DNA of 64,000 nt from Eledone cirrhosa. Its lineage: Eukaryota. The number at the start of each line of letters is the position of its first letter. Position 1 is the stretch's first letter. Below, in pieces: positions 14,293 through 27,687 of the stretch. The position numbers and the translations under genes were made by a program. Location of the stretch: positions 34,782,001 through 34,846,000 of the forward strand of contig OZ024744.1 of assembly GCA_964016885.1 (NCBI GenBank). The letters run 5' to 3'. The notes beneath the pieces are model-generated. The model was not told the DNA's origin. It saw only the letters and a program-made list of their open reading frames with translations, and made no database searches.

Positions 14293-17200
14293 CTTTCTTT
14301 ATTAACCAAAAGGATTTACACAAAGTAAGACATTAAGGACAGTACAGGACAATACAGGACGGTACAAATGGGCATTTCTGCGTGTAAAAAAAACAAAAAC
14401 AGAGGTTACAACAAAAAAAGAAACAATTAAAAATTCCCTAATAGGGGGGAGACTTCTGAGGGACATTCGTGGAGAAAGTCCATTAAAAAAGCCACGGTGA
14501 CCCTGGCCACCAGGGCAAGTGCTCTCGCCCAGTTTTCCACCTTCAATTTACAGGCGCATACTCAGAGTAGGCCCATTCACTCGGGTCATTCTTGCCTCTC
14601 TCACCCATCTTTCAACAAAATGCTGGGAAGAGAGTACTTCCCTCTCTACCCTGATTTCGTCGACGTCCAGAGTCTCCCCAAGTATGTCGTCGTTCTTCCC
14701 CTCCACTAATCCTCTATAGAACGCCAAGGTGGAGTTTCCACCGATCACATTGCCCGACTGGTCGAGCGGTGTGAGCGCCTGAAGACATTCCACCCTCCAA
14801 GCACTCCCTCTCGGTCTTCGCTTGATCCAGGACTGCAGGTCCGTCAAGGAGACGAGCTGGGGATAGACGCGTCTAGCAAACGGCGACCACACCTGATCAC
14901 CGTCGAGGAAGAGGTGGAGATGTCGTAGCCTGAGCGCGTGTCTGCGCATCATCAGCCACGGCATGCCCAGCCCTCCACGTAGCGGGTGTTGACAGCAGAT
15001 GGACTGCCTGACCATCGGAGCGCGTCCCTTCCACAAAAAGCGAAAGAGCAAACACTCCAGCGTGGTCAGGCAAAGCTTAGGACAACGCACGACGGTCAGG
15101 CGGTAGTAGATGACGGACGCGATGTACGCATTCGCCACCTCCACTCGACCTTTCAAGGATAGCTTCCTCTCCGCCCATATCTGGGTGAGAGAAGCCTCCC
15201 TGCTCGTCACCTCGGCCCAATTTTTGTCCGTCTGGAGGTCTGGACCGAACCAGACCCCTAGCAATTTAACCGGTCCGTCCAGCGTCCGACGACGCCGTTG
15301 GACGGCATGGACCTGCCTCTCCAGGTGCCGAGCTGCAGGCCTACTGACTTTTCCTGGTTGATCATTGCTCCTGTCACCGCCTCGTATTCTCTTAGTGTAG
15401 TGCCGATCGCCTCGATGTGTTTGGCGTTCGACACCACTACGGTGACATCGTCTGCATATGCTGACACGGATCTTCCGCATCCCAGTTCGCACGGGACACC
15501 CTCAACGTCTCCAGTTTGTGCAGTAATGGCTCGAGAGTCAATACGTACAACAGGGACGAGAGGGGACATCCCTTGCGGACCGAACGCATGATGTTGAACG
15601 GTTCCTAAAGATGACCGTTCACTCTCACCACAGATTAGATGTCGCTAATGTATGGCGATCCAGCTTCTGAAGACGTGCCGAAAGCCAGCCGCCCTCAGTA
15701 AGTGGAGGTTGTCGTGGGTGGATCTGTCCGAAACGGCGCTTGGTGTTGGTGGTCGCCTCTCCCACCAGACCATCGACACCAAGCGCCAACCTCTTTGCTA
15801 GCACCTTGGACAAAATCTTGAACTCTGTGTTTAGCAGAGTTATGGGACTGAAATTATCTGTTATCCTCCTTGTTCGGATCCTTTCTCAGCAGCGCCACCA
15901 CTCGTCGGTTCACAGAGCTGGGAATTCTCCCGTTCTCTTGCCAGTTGCAGTAGACGTCCGCCAAGAGGCCTCCGAACAAGTCTGGCATGTGTACGTAAAG
16001 TTCGTAGGGCAGACCATCCAAACCAGGCGATTTACCCCTTGTGCAGCCAGTCATTGCCTCCTGTAATTCAGCAGCTGTTATCGGCTTTTCGCAACATTCC
16101 GCCTCAGTGGCCGAGAGCCGCAGCAGTCCGTCAAGGTAGACAATAAATTCCATCCCGCGATACGGCCCGCCGCTGCTCCCGAACAGCTGAGCGAAGTGTC
16201 GCTGAAAAGCTTCACACATTTTTCCGGGATCGAGTAGTATACGCCCGTCGTGGTCCACCAAAGACCGGATCGTGGCTTTGTTGCCACGATGCGCCTCCGC
16301 CACTCGGGCCTATTGAACGGCTTTCGTCCCCTCGTGTCTGAGATCACGCACCCTAGCTCTGACAACGCAGCCTTCATGCTTAGCATTGAAGAATTGGTCG
16401 AGGGCCAATTTCGCCGCAAGCACGTCGGTCGCGATGCCTTTACTAAACGCCTCGTCTAATTTTCTAACTAGTTTTCCCTCTCCTCTATTTTTCTCAATTG
16501 TTAAAGCCTTACTAAACCTAATGGACTCTATTCTAATCGCTCTTTTCAGAGCAAACCACCATTTGTTGTTGACGATGGCCTCCGTCAACGTCCGTTTAAC
16601 TAGTTCGCTAATCCGGTCTCTGTAAGCCTTGCGCGCTGTTAACGACGCGTTTAGCTTCCAGTAGCCGGGTCCCTGTCTATAAAACCTATCTAAGTCAACC
16701 TCACAGATCACGAATTTGTGGTCCGTGTAGCTGACTATCTTGAATTGCGGACAGCTTATGTTAGACTTATCTATTTCCCTACAAAATACCCTATCTAGAT
16801 ATGATCTGGATGACCCGATGCGGTTTGTCCATGTCCACATTGGCACATTCGGCAAATCCAGACGGTATCCGTCAGACAGTTGAAACCGTCTGAGCAGGTT
16901 TCCGAGGCTTTTACACACTCCGCCCCTATCCGCTAATCCCACACAGTCCCAACGTGCATCTAAGATCCCGTTCCAGCCGCCCACTAACACTAAAGAGCGG
17001 GACGTTCCAAGAAAGGACTCCAGACGCCGGAAGAAATCAGGCCGCCCTGTTCCTGTCGGGGCGTAGACGACCACTAGCCTGAAAGCTTGCCCTTCTCCAC
17101 TGGTCACGTCCAGTACCACCAACTTACCTTCTGGGTCCAGGAAGATGGCCCGTATGGCGAGATCCAAACCTCTCCGAAAAAGCACTGCAACTCCTCCCCA

Positions 17201-17620
17201 AGACGGTTGGGAGATGCGTACACATCATAGCCGCCGAAGATCGGTGCGAAGGTTCATGCTTCGGAGATTCTGGTCTCGCTGATGGCCACTACATCTATGT
17301 TTAGTGACCTGAGGTCGTTGAACAGGTGGCTATGCTTCCATGACAACCCCAGACCACGCGCATTTATGCTGCCTATTTTGAGTAAGGTCATGTTGAAAAG
17401 GAGTGAAAAAAATGGGAAAGACCACTTACCTCACTTCTTGTGGAGGATGGATGGTTTTTTCTGTCCTTCTCAGTTTGTGGCCCCCTCCGGAAAATGTTTG
17501 TCGGAAGTCACCAATATCCTTGGGGAATTTTAATTTTAGTGTTGTGTATGTTATCTGTGTGATGCGAGTGATTTGTGTGTGGGTGGTGTGGATTGTTGGG
17601 GTGTTGTATAGTCTTTTTCT
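14293..17620 (-). mobile_element. Tx1/L1-clade LINE, internally deleted (APE endonuclease + RT), with (TTA)n tail
   Basis: ORF2 starts at ATG 17391 (MTLLKIGSINARGL..ISETR). APE motifs VYAP, SYLDRVF, TDH and GPGYWKLN; RT motifs KSPGLDGLPYE and AYADD; LSLKGRVEV and GGLGMP. Confidence 0.9.
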
Positions 17621-17622
17621 GA

Positions 17623-17623
17623 G

Positions 17624-17689
<66 letters not shown>

Positions 17690-18056
17690 TCTTTATTAAC
17701 CACAAGGGTTTACACAAAGTAGACAGTAAGAACAGTACAGGACAATACAGGACGGTACAAAAGGGCATTTCTGCGTGTAAAAAAAACAAAAAACAGAAGA
17801 TGTAATAAAAGAACAATGAAAAATTCCCCAATTGGGGGGAGACCTCCGAGGGCCATCGTGGAGAAAGCCCATTAAAAAAAGCCACGGTGACCCTGACCAC
17901 CAGGGCAAGTGTCCTCTCCTAGTTTTCCACCTTCAATTTACAGGCATATACTCAGAGTAGGTCCATTCACTCGGGCCATTCTTGCCTCTCTCACCCATCT
18001 TTCAACAAAAAGCTGGGAAGAGAGCACTTCCCTCTCTACCCTGATTTTCCTTTTCA

Positions 18057-18058
<2 letters not shown>
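17623..18058 (-). mobile_element. 3' fragment of the same Tx1-like LINE with a long (TTA)n tail
   Basis: 17686-18045 is closely similar to 14293-14657. Confidence 0.88.
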
Positions 18059-18115
<57 letters not shown>

Positions 18116-19482
18116 GGATTTCTTTATTGGCCGCAAGGGCTGACATCAAGAAAAAGAAAAGGACATAGAAACATATATATATATATATAAACAATAAAAA
18201 TGAAAATTGAAACAATCAAAAATTCCCCAATAGGGGAAACCTCCGAGGGTTACCCGTGGCGAAAACCACACAAAAGACCACAGCCACCCTGACCACCAGG
18301 GCAAGCGCCTTCTCTCAATGTTTCCATTTCTCAAACTACAGGCGTATATTCACTCGGACCATTCTCGCTTTTCACCGTACTTGCTAGAAGGCAGCACATG
18401 CCTCTCCACCCTGATTTTCCTCTTCAAGTAAAACTTGAAAAAGTTAATTAGGGATTTGCCGAAGAGGAAAGTGTCTGTCTTTAACACTTTCAACCTTGTT
18501 CACCACACAATCTCTTTCGCCATGGCCACTAGGCAGATGAAAACCGCCTGCCCTTCCTCCTCGAAGGAAGACGGCGAGACCATCTGCACAATGGACTCAG
18601 TTGACAACCGGATCAGTCCTACACGCGACAGCAACTGTTCGACATAGCTCCACAAGTCAACAATGCTCGAGCACTGAACGAGTGCGTGCACGACGGTTTC
18701 GTCGCTCTGCGCGCATCTTGGACAGGCTCGGCTGACGGCACTTCCGTGCCTGTAGAGCTTATCTCGAACCGGCAACGCTCCCCGGTAGCACTGCCAGGCC
18801 AAGGATTTTTGGAAGTTATCCATAGGCCCTGGGCTGAAAGTTCTCCGGAAGAGAGCAAACAGCTGATTTTCTTCGACGCCCAGGATCTCTCCGAGAACGT
18901 CGTCGCTCTTCCCCTCCACTAGTCCTCTATAGAACGCCGAGGTGGATGTTCCACGGATATTGGTGCCCAGCTGGCAGAGCGCAGTGAGCGCCTGGAGGCA
19001 TTCCAGTTTCCAAGCGCTATCCCTCAGTCTTTTTCTGACCCAGGACTGCAGCTCCGTCAAGGAGACAAGCTGTGGGAAAACGTGCCTGGCGAACGGCAAC
19101 CACACCTGTTCACCGTCAAGGTAGCACCAGAGATGTCGCAGCCTCAGCGCATGTTTGCGCATCATCAGCCATGGCATGCCCAGTCCTCCACGCAACGGGT
19201 GTTGACAGCAGATGGATCGTCTGACCATGGGAGCGCGTCCCTTCCACAAAAAGCGGAAGAGCAGGCGCTCCGTTTTGGTGAGAGTTGGACCGGGGCAAGG
19301 GACGACGGTTAGGCGGTAGCAGATGACGGATGCGATGTACGAATTCGCCACCTCCGCCCGGCCTTTCAGGGACAGCTTCCTCTCCGCCCATTTCTGGGTG
19401 AGGGAGGCCACCCTGCTTATCACCTCGCTCCAGTTTTTCTCCATTTGGAGGTCCGGTCCGAACCAGATCCCGAGCAATTTAA
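18058..19482 (-). mobile_element. 5'-truncated Tx1-like LINE of a related subfamily, with C-terminal zinc finger
   Basis: ORF 18500-19477 contains LSLKGRAEV, GGLGMPW and CPRCAQSDETVVHALVQC; flanked by (AAT)n. Confidence 0.9.
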
Positions 19483-19515
<33 letters not shown>

Positions 19516-19568
19516 TGTTTCTACTTTAGGCACAAGGCCCGCGAAATCCCCAGTGTATTACTGGTACT

Positions 19569-19604
<36 letters not shown>

Positions 19605-19659
19605 TGTAATGCTCTGGGTAATTGCTGGCCTTGTGCCTGGAGTGGAGACAATTATTAAT

Positions 19660-22600
19660 AATTTCATTCTTAAGCCACGCAATGCTCACATTAAGGAACC
19701 ACTCATGATAATAACAATTTAAAAAAACAACAAAAAAGAAAACCCCGTGACCAAGAAATACCGGGATGGCGGCCGGCGGGGAATAGCCGTGTCTCTAGGG
19801 GAGGACGACCCTTCTAGTCTTGGTTGACACTCGTTCTAGAAGTGGTAACACGAAATGATTACCCCTTGGCGGATAAGGATAAAACGCGACAAAATAAAGT
19901 AAATGTCTAATGATAAAATCTCATACCGGATCGGCCGTCACCCGGGTCAAAAAGGGCCGCGTCCCTCAGAGAGGAACCAGACTGGGGTCGAAAAATCAGC
20001 TAATGGTTCAAACCTTCCCATCACTTCGGAGCAGGAGACCTCCTATAACCGGAATACTCCTACTGTTGGCCCTCCATGCTCACCACCAAGAAATCCAAAG
20101 AAAAAGAGAGAAAAATGGTCAAGGGAAGATAATAAAGTAGTCCTTGAGGCTTTCTACACTGCCATGTACTACCCATCAAATACATCGAATACAGAACAGA
20201 CATATATCAACTGGAAAAAGAAACATTCCGAAAACAGAGGCCATATTGACAGTAACAAACTAGCCAATATACGAAGAAATATTGTAAAAAAAAAGTTACT
20301 AACTGATATAGAAATTGATCAGATCAAGCTATTAGCACAAAGTAAAACGAAGGGAAAATGAAACATGTGTCAGTGAAAACGAGGTAAATTGTCACACTTC
20401 GAATCCCAGGGTTGGGGCGAATCACTGACAACAGAACAAATTAAAGAAAGGATCGAAAAAGTGGAGGGAGTGCATGCTCAAGATGAAACTCCAAATGAAA
20501 ACAATGAGATCGTAAATGATAAAGAAATGAATGAGAATGAACTTGCCAACTTGAAGGATGAAATTATGATCGAATGGATGAAAATGAAAGAATCTGACAT
20601 GGGGGAACGAGACACCCTCCCTAAGATCCAGAACTCCAAACAGAACTAAAAGATAATACACAAGACTAACATAGTTATCAAAAACATTATCATCACAAAC
20701 AAACTAAACATTACTGATTTAAATCATCTCTATTATGCATCGACTAAAGTCACCACTCACTTATGTGGAGTGAAGATGAAAAAACAAAGGAATTCCCACA
20801 AGAAATCTACTTGGCAAGAGAACATCAATCGCCAAATAAACCTTCTCCGATCTGATATAGAATTTTTTAAAAACTATAAAGTAGGTGAACATGTTAAAGA
20901 AACTAAACTTAGAAAATTGAAAAGAAAGTACAGTATAAAACCAACAAGTGACATAGGCATGCTGATAGAAATAATCAAGCAAAAAGTGTCGGCCAAAGTT
21001 GCTCGTATAAGGCGCTTTGAAAAACGATCTAGATTCTATAAGGACAATAATATGTTCAAAACCAACCAAAGAAACTTCTACAGAAAAATTGGTAAGTCAA
21101 CAATAACTGCTAAATCAATACCACCCAAGGAGGAAGTGCAAGAATTCTGGGAAAAGATCTGGGCCGAAGAAAAAGTTCATAACATACATGCCCCATGGAT
21201 AGACAGACAAATGAAAGATACAGCTCACCTTGAGGAACAAATATGGGAAAATATAACAGTTGAACAGTTGCGTTTGGCTCTAAGAAAAACCAGCAAATGG
21301 AAATCCCCAGGAAAAGACAAAATACAAAATTTTTGGATAAATGCCTTCACAGAGTCTCATGAGCTGTTAGCCCAACTTTACAATGAAATAGTTAAGGAGC
21401 CAGAAAAGATACCATCATGGCTAATTAACGGCATTACATTCCTGCTTCCGAAGAATGATGAGACAAACAATCCCAAAAATTACAGACCGATAACTTGCTT
21501 GACCACAATGTATAAAATTTTAACATCAGTCCTAACTGAATACACATATGACCACCTGATAACAAATGACCTATTTCCCATTGAGCAGAAAGGGTGTAAA
21601 CGAGGCTCATATGGCTGTAAGGATCAGCTTTTGGTTAACAAAATGATACTGGAAGATGGTCATAATAGACACAAAAATCTATCAATTGCTTGGATAGATT
21701 ATAAAAAAGCATTCGATAGTTTGCCACACAGTTGGATTGAAAAATGTTTAGAGATTTTCAAAATATCCCCCGTTGTCAGGAGGTTTTTGTCATTCAGTAT
21801 GAAGACATGGAAAACGACACTCCTTTTGAATAGTGAAACAAAATCACTGGAAGCTGGAGAAGTTAATATTAATTGTGGAATTTTTCAGGGTGACTCTTTA
21901 TCACCGCTTTTATTCTGCATCACACTTATACCATTAAGTAAAATGCTCAATGAAACAAAACATGGATATAAAGTCTATGACAAAACCATTAATCACTTGT
22001 TCTACATGGATGACCTGAAACTATTTGCAAAAAATGATGAACAATTGCAAGGGCTATTATCCAGTGTGAAACAGTTCAGTGATGACATTAAAATGGAGTT
22101 TGGACTAGATAAATGCGCCAAAGCAACGTTCACCAGAGGAAAGCTGCTGAAAAGTTCAGACATTAATCTTGATCGAGGGAATGTGATAAGAGAACTTGAT
22201 CAAGAGGAAACTTACAAATATCTAGGTGTTTGTGAAGGAGACGGAATCAAGCACTCGACAATGAGGGAAAGGATAAGGAAGGAATGTTACCGCAGAGTAA
22301 GAGCAATCTTAAGAACGGAATTGAATGCAAGGAATAGGATCGATGCCATAAACACGCTTGCCATACCAGTAGTAACCTACAGTTACAATGTCATCAACTG
22401 GTCAAGCACAGAGATCCGTAGGCTCGATACAAAAATTCGAAAATTCTTAACCATGCACAGAATGCATCACCCTAAGGCAGATATAGATAGAATATATCTC
22501 CCTAGGAAAGAAGGAGGACGTGGGTTAATCCAGTTAGACATTGCGTTGAAAACTGCAACAATTGGATTATCTACATATCTAAGGGAATCACATGATTGGA

Positions 22601-23585
22601 TGATCAAACTCGTTTTGAAACACGAAAGCATCAAAAGATCATACTCCATTACAAAAGATGCACAAAGATACAGTAATGGACTACACATTTCAGAAGTCCC
22701 ATTTACTGCTGAAATGGAAACACAGAAAAAGCAAAGCAGGTAAAAGTAACTGCAAAGAAAGAACTGCTACAGAAACTGGCTAAGAAATGGCAAGAAAAGC
22801 CTCTGTATGGAAAATACCCAGAACGAGCTAACAATCCTGATGTTGACAAAACTTTAACCCATCAGTGGTTGGCATCCTCTGGACTGAAATCGGAGACTGA
22901 AGGACTGATTATATCAGCACAAGATCAGTGTCTGCCAACAAAAAATTACCAAGCCAACATAATAAAAAATGGATGCAGCCCATTATGCCGTGTATGTAAA
23001 AAAACAACCAGAGACCATTGACCATATAATTTCAATGTGCAGTCCTATAGCTCCAACCGAATACCTAAACAGGCATGACAGAGCTGCACAATACATACAT
23101 TGGATAATGTGTAAGCATTTTGACCAGCCCCAAAAGAATTGGTGGGAGCATCAACCACCTCCCATACTTGAAAAAGATCACAATAGACAAGAACGTATCT
23201 ATAAAAACATTTGAAAAATTGAGCCAGTATAAGGACCTGGAGATAGAAATTGGAAAAATGTGGAAATTGAGAACTAAAACAATACCAGTGGTTGTAGGCG
23301 CTCTGGGAATGATACCTAAGGGGTCTAATGATTACTTATCGCAAATCCCAAGAAACCCGCGTATAGGAGAAATACAAAAGATAGTATTAATGGGAACTGC
23401 CCATATACTAAGGAAGATTCTGTCAATATAAGTACATCACAAGTCTAAACACTAAAGATGCATGTGTGAGTATGTATGTTCTTTCTTGAACATGGCGGAC
23501 CTTGTTGTCTCTTGAGGTCACTGGTTGTGACTTGGTGATAACTCGTATAAAGCAAGATAAATGCAGCTGTAATAATAATAATAAG
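19660..23585 (+). mobile_element. Near full-length R4/Dong-clade non-LTR retrotransposon (frameshifted) in a (TAA)n target
   Basis: RT ORF 20770-22743 has NYRPITCL, WIDYKKAFDS, GIFQGDSLSP, HLFYMDDLKL and YKYLG. Downstream are ETEGLIISAQDQ, a CCHC knuckle, RHD and IPVVVGALG. Ends in (TAA)n. Confidence 0.9.
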
Positions 23586-23919
23586 TATGGTGCCAGGAAA
23601 AACAGGAACAACTAGGCATAAAATTGGTCAGAAGGAGAAATTTATTGAGAGTTAATTCTTTAACATATGTTTCTGTACAATAATCGTCTACTTGTGCTGA
23701 CTGCAAAAGTCCCATGCTCAATCGCATGCATTACACAAAAGGTTATTGCATCTCATCAGAAAGAGAAAAATTGTTATAGTCCAAGGCGAGGTTGTCGCAT
23801 TCCTGCAACAAGCATCGCTCACTGCTAACTGCTCCAAGGTACAAACTACTGGTACATAGAGAAAGTCAGAGTTGAAATGTAACAGAAGTGGTTGGCGAAA
23901 ATAGTAAGCGAATAATTTG

Positions 23920-24085
23920 AGGGAAGGGAAAGTCGATTAAATCGACTTCAGTACGTTACTGGTGCTTTATTTTATCAACTCCGTAAGGATGTAAGTTAAC
24001 ATTGGCAGGATTTGAACACAGACCGTAACTCCTATGCTGCAAAGCATGGTGTCTGACACTCTTCCGATACTGCCAAACCACCGGA
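23920..24085 (-). mobile_element. Diverged tRNA-derived SINE followed by (TG)n
   Basis: Matches the SINE core. Confidence 0.7.
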
Positions 24086-24087
24086 AA

Positions 24088-24573
<486 letters not shown>

Positions 24574-24596
24574 TATATATATATATATATATACAT

Positions 24597-25048
<452 letters not shown>

Positions 25049-25253
25049 TTAAGGGTACTATTTATGGTTATGTATGCAATAAAACCTTTAATGGTAATAT
25101 ATTATATATACACAAACCCTAAATAGTGAGAAATAGTCATTAATTACTATCCTATTACCAGTAAGATAAATAGCTCAATGTAATAACATCAGTTGTTTTA
25201 CAGAGCAGTTATATAGAGATTACAGTAATCAAAGTTCAGTTTAAGTCATTTAT

Positions 25254-25302
25254 TTGCTTACAATTGTTTCCTCCAAACCGAGGTTTGGATTCTTCGGAGC
25301 AA
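25254..25302 (-). ncRNA. Hammerhead motif, CCGAAGA core variant
   Basis: Exact inverted copy of 26034-26082. Confidence 0.75.
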
Positions 25303-26033
25303 CTATCTATAACATACTTGACCTCCTTTTCAACCCAAGAGACACATAAAACATATGCGCATATTGATCAACAGTGGGGTGACATTCATCAAATGATATA
25401 GCATGGCAATTTACATATAAAGGTTACAGGATAAAAATAAAAACAAGAGTGAAAATATATGCTGAACCACCGCGAATTATACAATAGACGCGTGTTCTCT
25501 ATATATATATTGCGTCTCATGGATTATGTGAGTGGTGGTGTGAGCAAGGACAGTGGTACGGCCTTGCCTACGATACAATAAGGTTTATAGTATGTTGAAG
25601 GTTTTTGATATTTTGGTGTTTCCCCGCATCCGAGACTGTATATCATACAGATGTATGAGAATAAATGACTTAATAATTCAGCCTACATAATAAGATCGAT
25701 TGCCAGCTTCAACTGCCTGACCCTGCAAATATCATTCTGACGCACTCTAATCATGTATAGATAAGACACGCGTGCATGCTACACGGGAGATTGTTTCATA
25801 CACTGACTACTCTAAGCTTTCCTCTTGCTTTATCTTCATAGACTGCCAACGCTTCATGTTTATCTTTATTTTCACTCTTATTTTCACTCTTGTTTTTATT
25901 TTTATCCTGTAACCTTTATATGTAAATTGCCATGCCATATCATTTGATGAATGTCACCCCACTGTTGATCAATATGCGCATATGTTTTATGTGTCTCTTG
26001 GGTTGAAAAGGAGGTCAAGTATGTTATAAATAG

Positions 26034-26082
26034 TTGCTCCGAAGAATCCAAACCTCGGTTTGGAGGAAACAATTGTAAGCAA
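26034..26082 (+). ncRNA. Type I hammerhead motif, CCGAAGA core variant, palindromic stem III
   Basis: TTGCT CCGAAGA A TCCAAAC-CTCG-GTTTGGA G GAAA CAATTG TA AGCAA. Confidence 0.8.
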
Positions 26083-26189
26083 ATAAATGACTTAAACTGA
26101 ACTTTGATTACTGTAATCTCTATATATAGATATATATATATATATATATATAATTCACAAGAATCAAAGCTATGTTCAAAGCATTTATT

Positions 26190-26236
26190 CACTTACAATT
26201 GTTTCATCCAAACTTAGGCTTGGAATCTTCGGAGCA
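26190..26236 (-). ncRNA. Diverged hammerhead motif, CCGAAGA core variant
   Basis: Minus strand: TGCT CCGAAGA T TCCAAGC-CTAA-GTTTGGA T GAAA CAATTG TA AGTG. Confidence 0.7.
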
Positions 26237-26791
26237 TTTTTCAATGTTTGTACATATAATTGACCTTCTTTCTGACGCAAGAGACATACAGATACATATA
26301 TATATATTGATGTACAGTGGAGTGACATATATTACACTATACTATTTTTGTACAGCAATTCAAATTCAAGATCAAAATCAAAATCAAAATTAAAATTAAA
26401 ATTAAAATTAAAATACATTGGGCAGATAACACAGATAATGCAGGAGGATAGTTTGATAGTCAGATCTAATAGGTAAGTGTATGCGTTAGTTACACGTGGA
26501 GCATGCAAGTGTGTCTCATTTTTATACGATTATTGTGTGGCAAGGTGTTACATGTAATGCAAGCACTTTAAGCGGGTAAGCAAGAGTATTATGGTGGTTG
26601 TAGCGGTAGGGTATTTTTAGTATAGATAAAAATATATAACTGCTCTGTAGAACAACTGATGTTATTACATTGAGCTATTTATCTTACTGGTAATAAGGTA
26701 GTAATAAATTACTGACCTTCACTGTTTAAGGTTTAAAATATACCTAACTATAAAAAGTTTAATATATACATAACCATAAATAGTATCCTTA

Positions 26792-26829
<38 letters not shown>

Positions 26830-26997
26830 CCTGGAGACTCGGCTGAGAATGACCTCCCTGATGACGCAATGAAATTCTCAACAGTTCATTACGTAACTGT
26901 CTTTATCCCATTGCAGAAACTAATTAGTTGGAGTGAAAATTTAAGTAAGTTAATTTTAAAAAAAAAATTTTTTTTAAGAAATTTTCTTATTTTACGT

Positions 26998-27162
<165 letters not shown>

Positions 27163-27345
27163 GTGTGTGTGGGTGTGTGTATATATACATATACTGTATT
27201 TATCAACATACATTTGTAGTAAGGTTGCTTGGATGCGTCCAAGCAACCTTACTACAAATATATGTAATACGTAATAAATTGTGTTCCGATGCATCACTGA
27301 TGCTTCGTTTTCCATATTGTATATACATGTATATATATACATATA

Positions 27346-27470
<125 letters not shown>

Positions 27471-27687
27471 AGGTAAGTTATTCCGGGTTGAATCGGAGGT
27501 AACCACAGTAAGTAAGGTACTCAATACATTGCAGAGTATAAAAGTTTTAATATAGATGAGATTCTACAGGACTAGAACTGTTTCATTCTTTAGAAATCAT
27601 CATTCTTTAGAATTCTTTCTGTCTTTGTCTCTCTAAATATAAATTATAGCCTTGAAGATATATATATATATATATATGTATATATAG

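Larger units (their letters stand above)
25045..26797. mobile_element. Nested ORF-less inverted-repeat elements (25045-25214/26633-26797 and 25212-25455/25882-26122) with three hammerhead motifs
   Basis: Inverted arms read directly; bounded by (TA)n. Confidence 0.8.

Noticed and set aside
26640-26690. Hammerhead at CTGTAGA/CTGATG
   Set aside because: No GAAA box at the required position.
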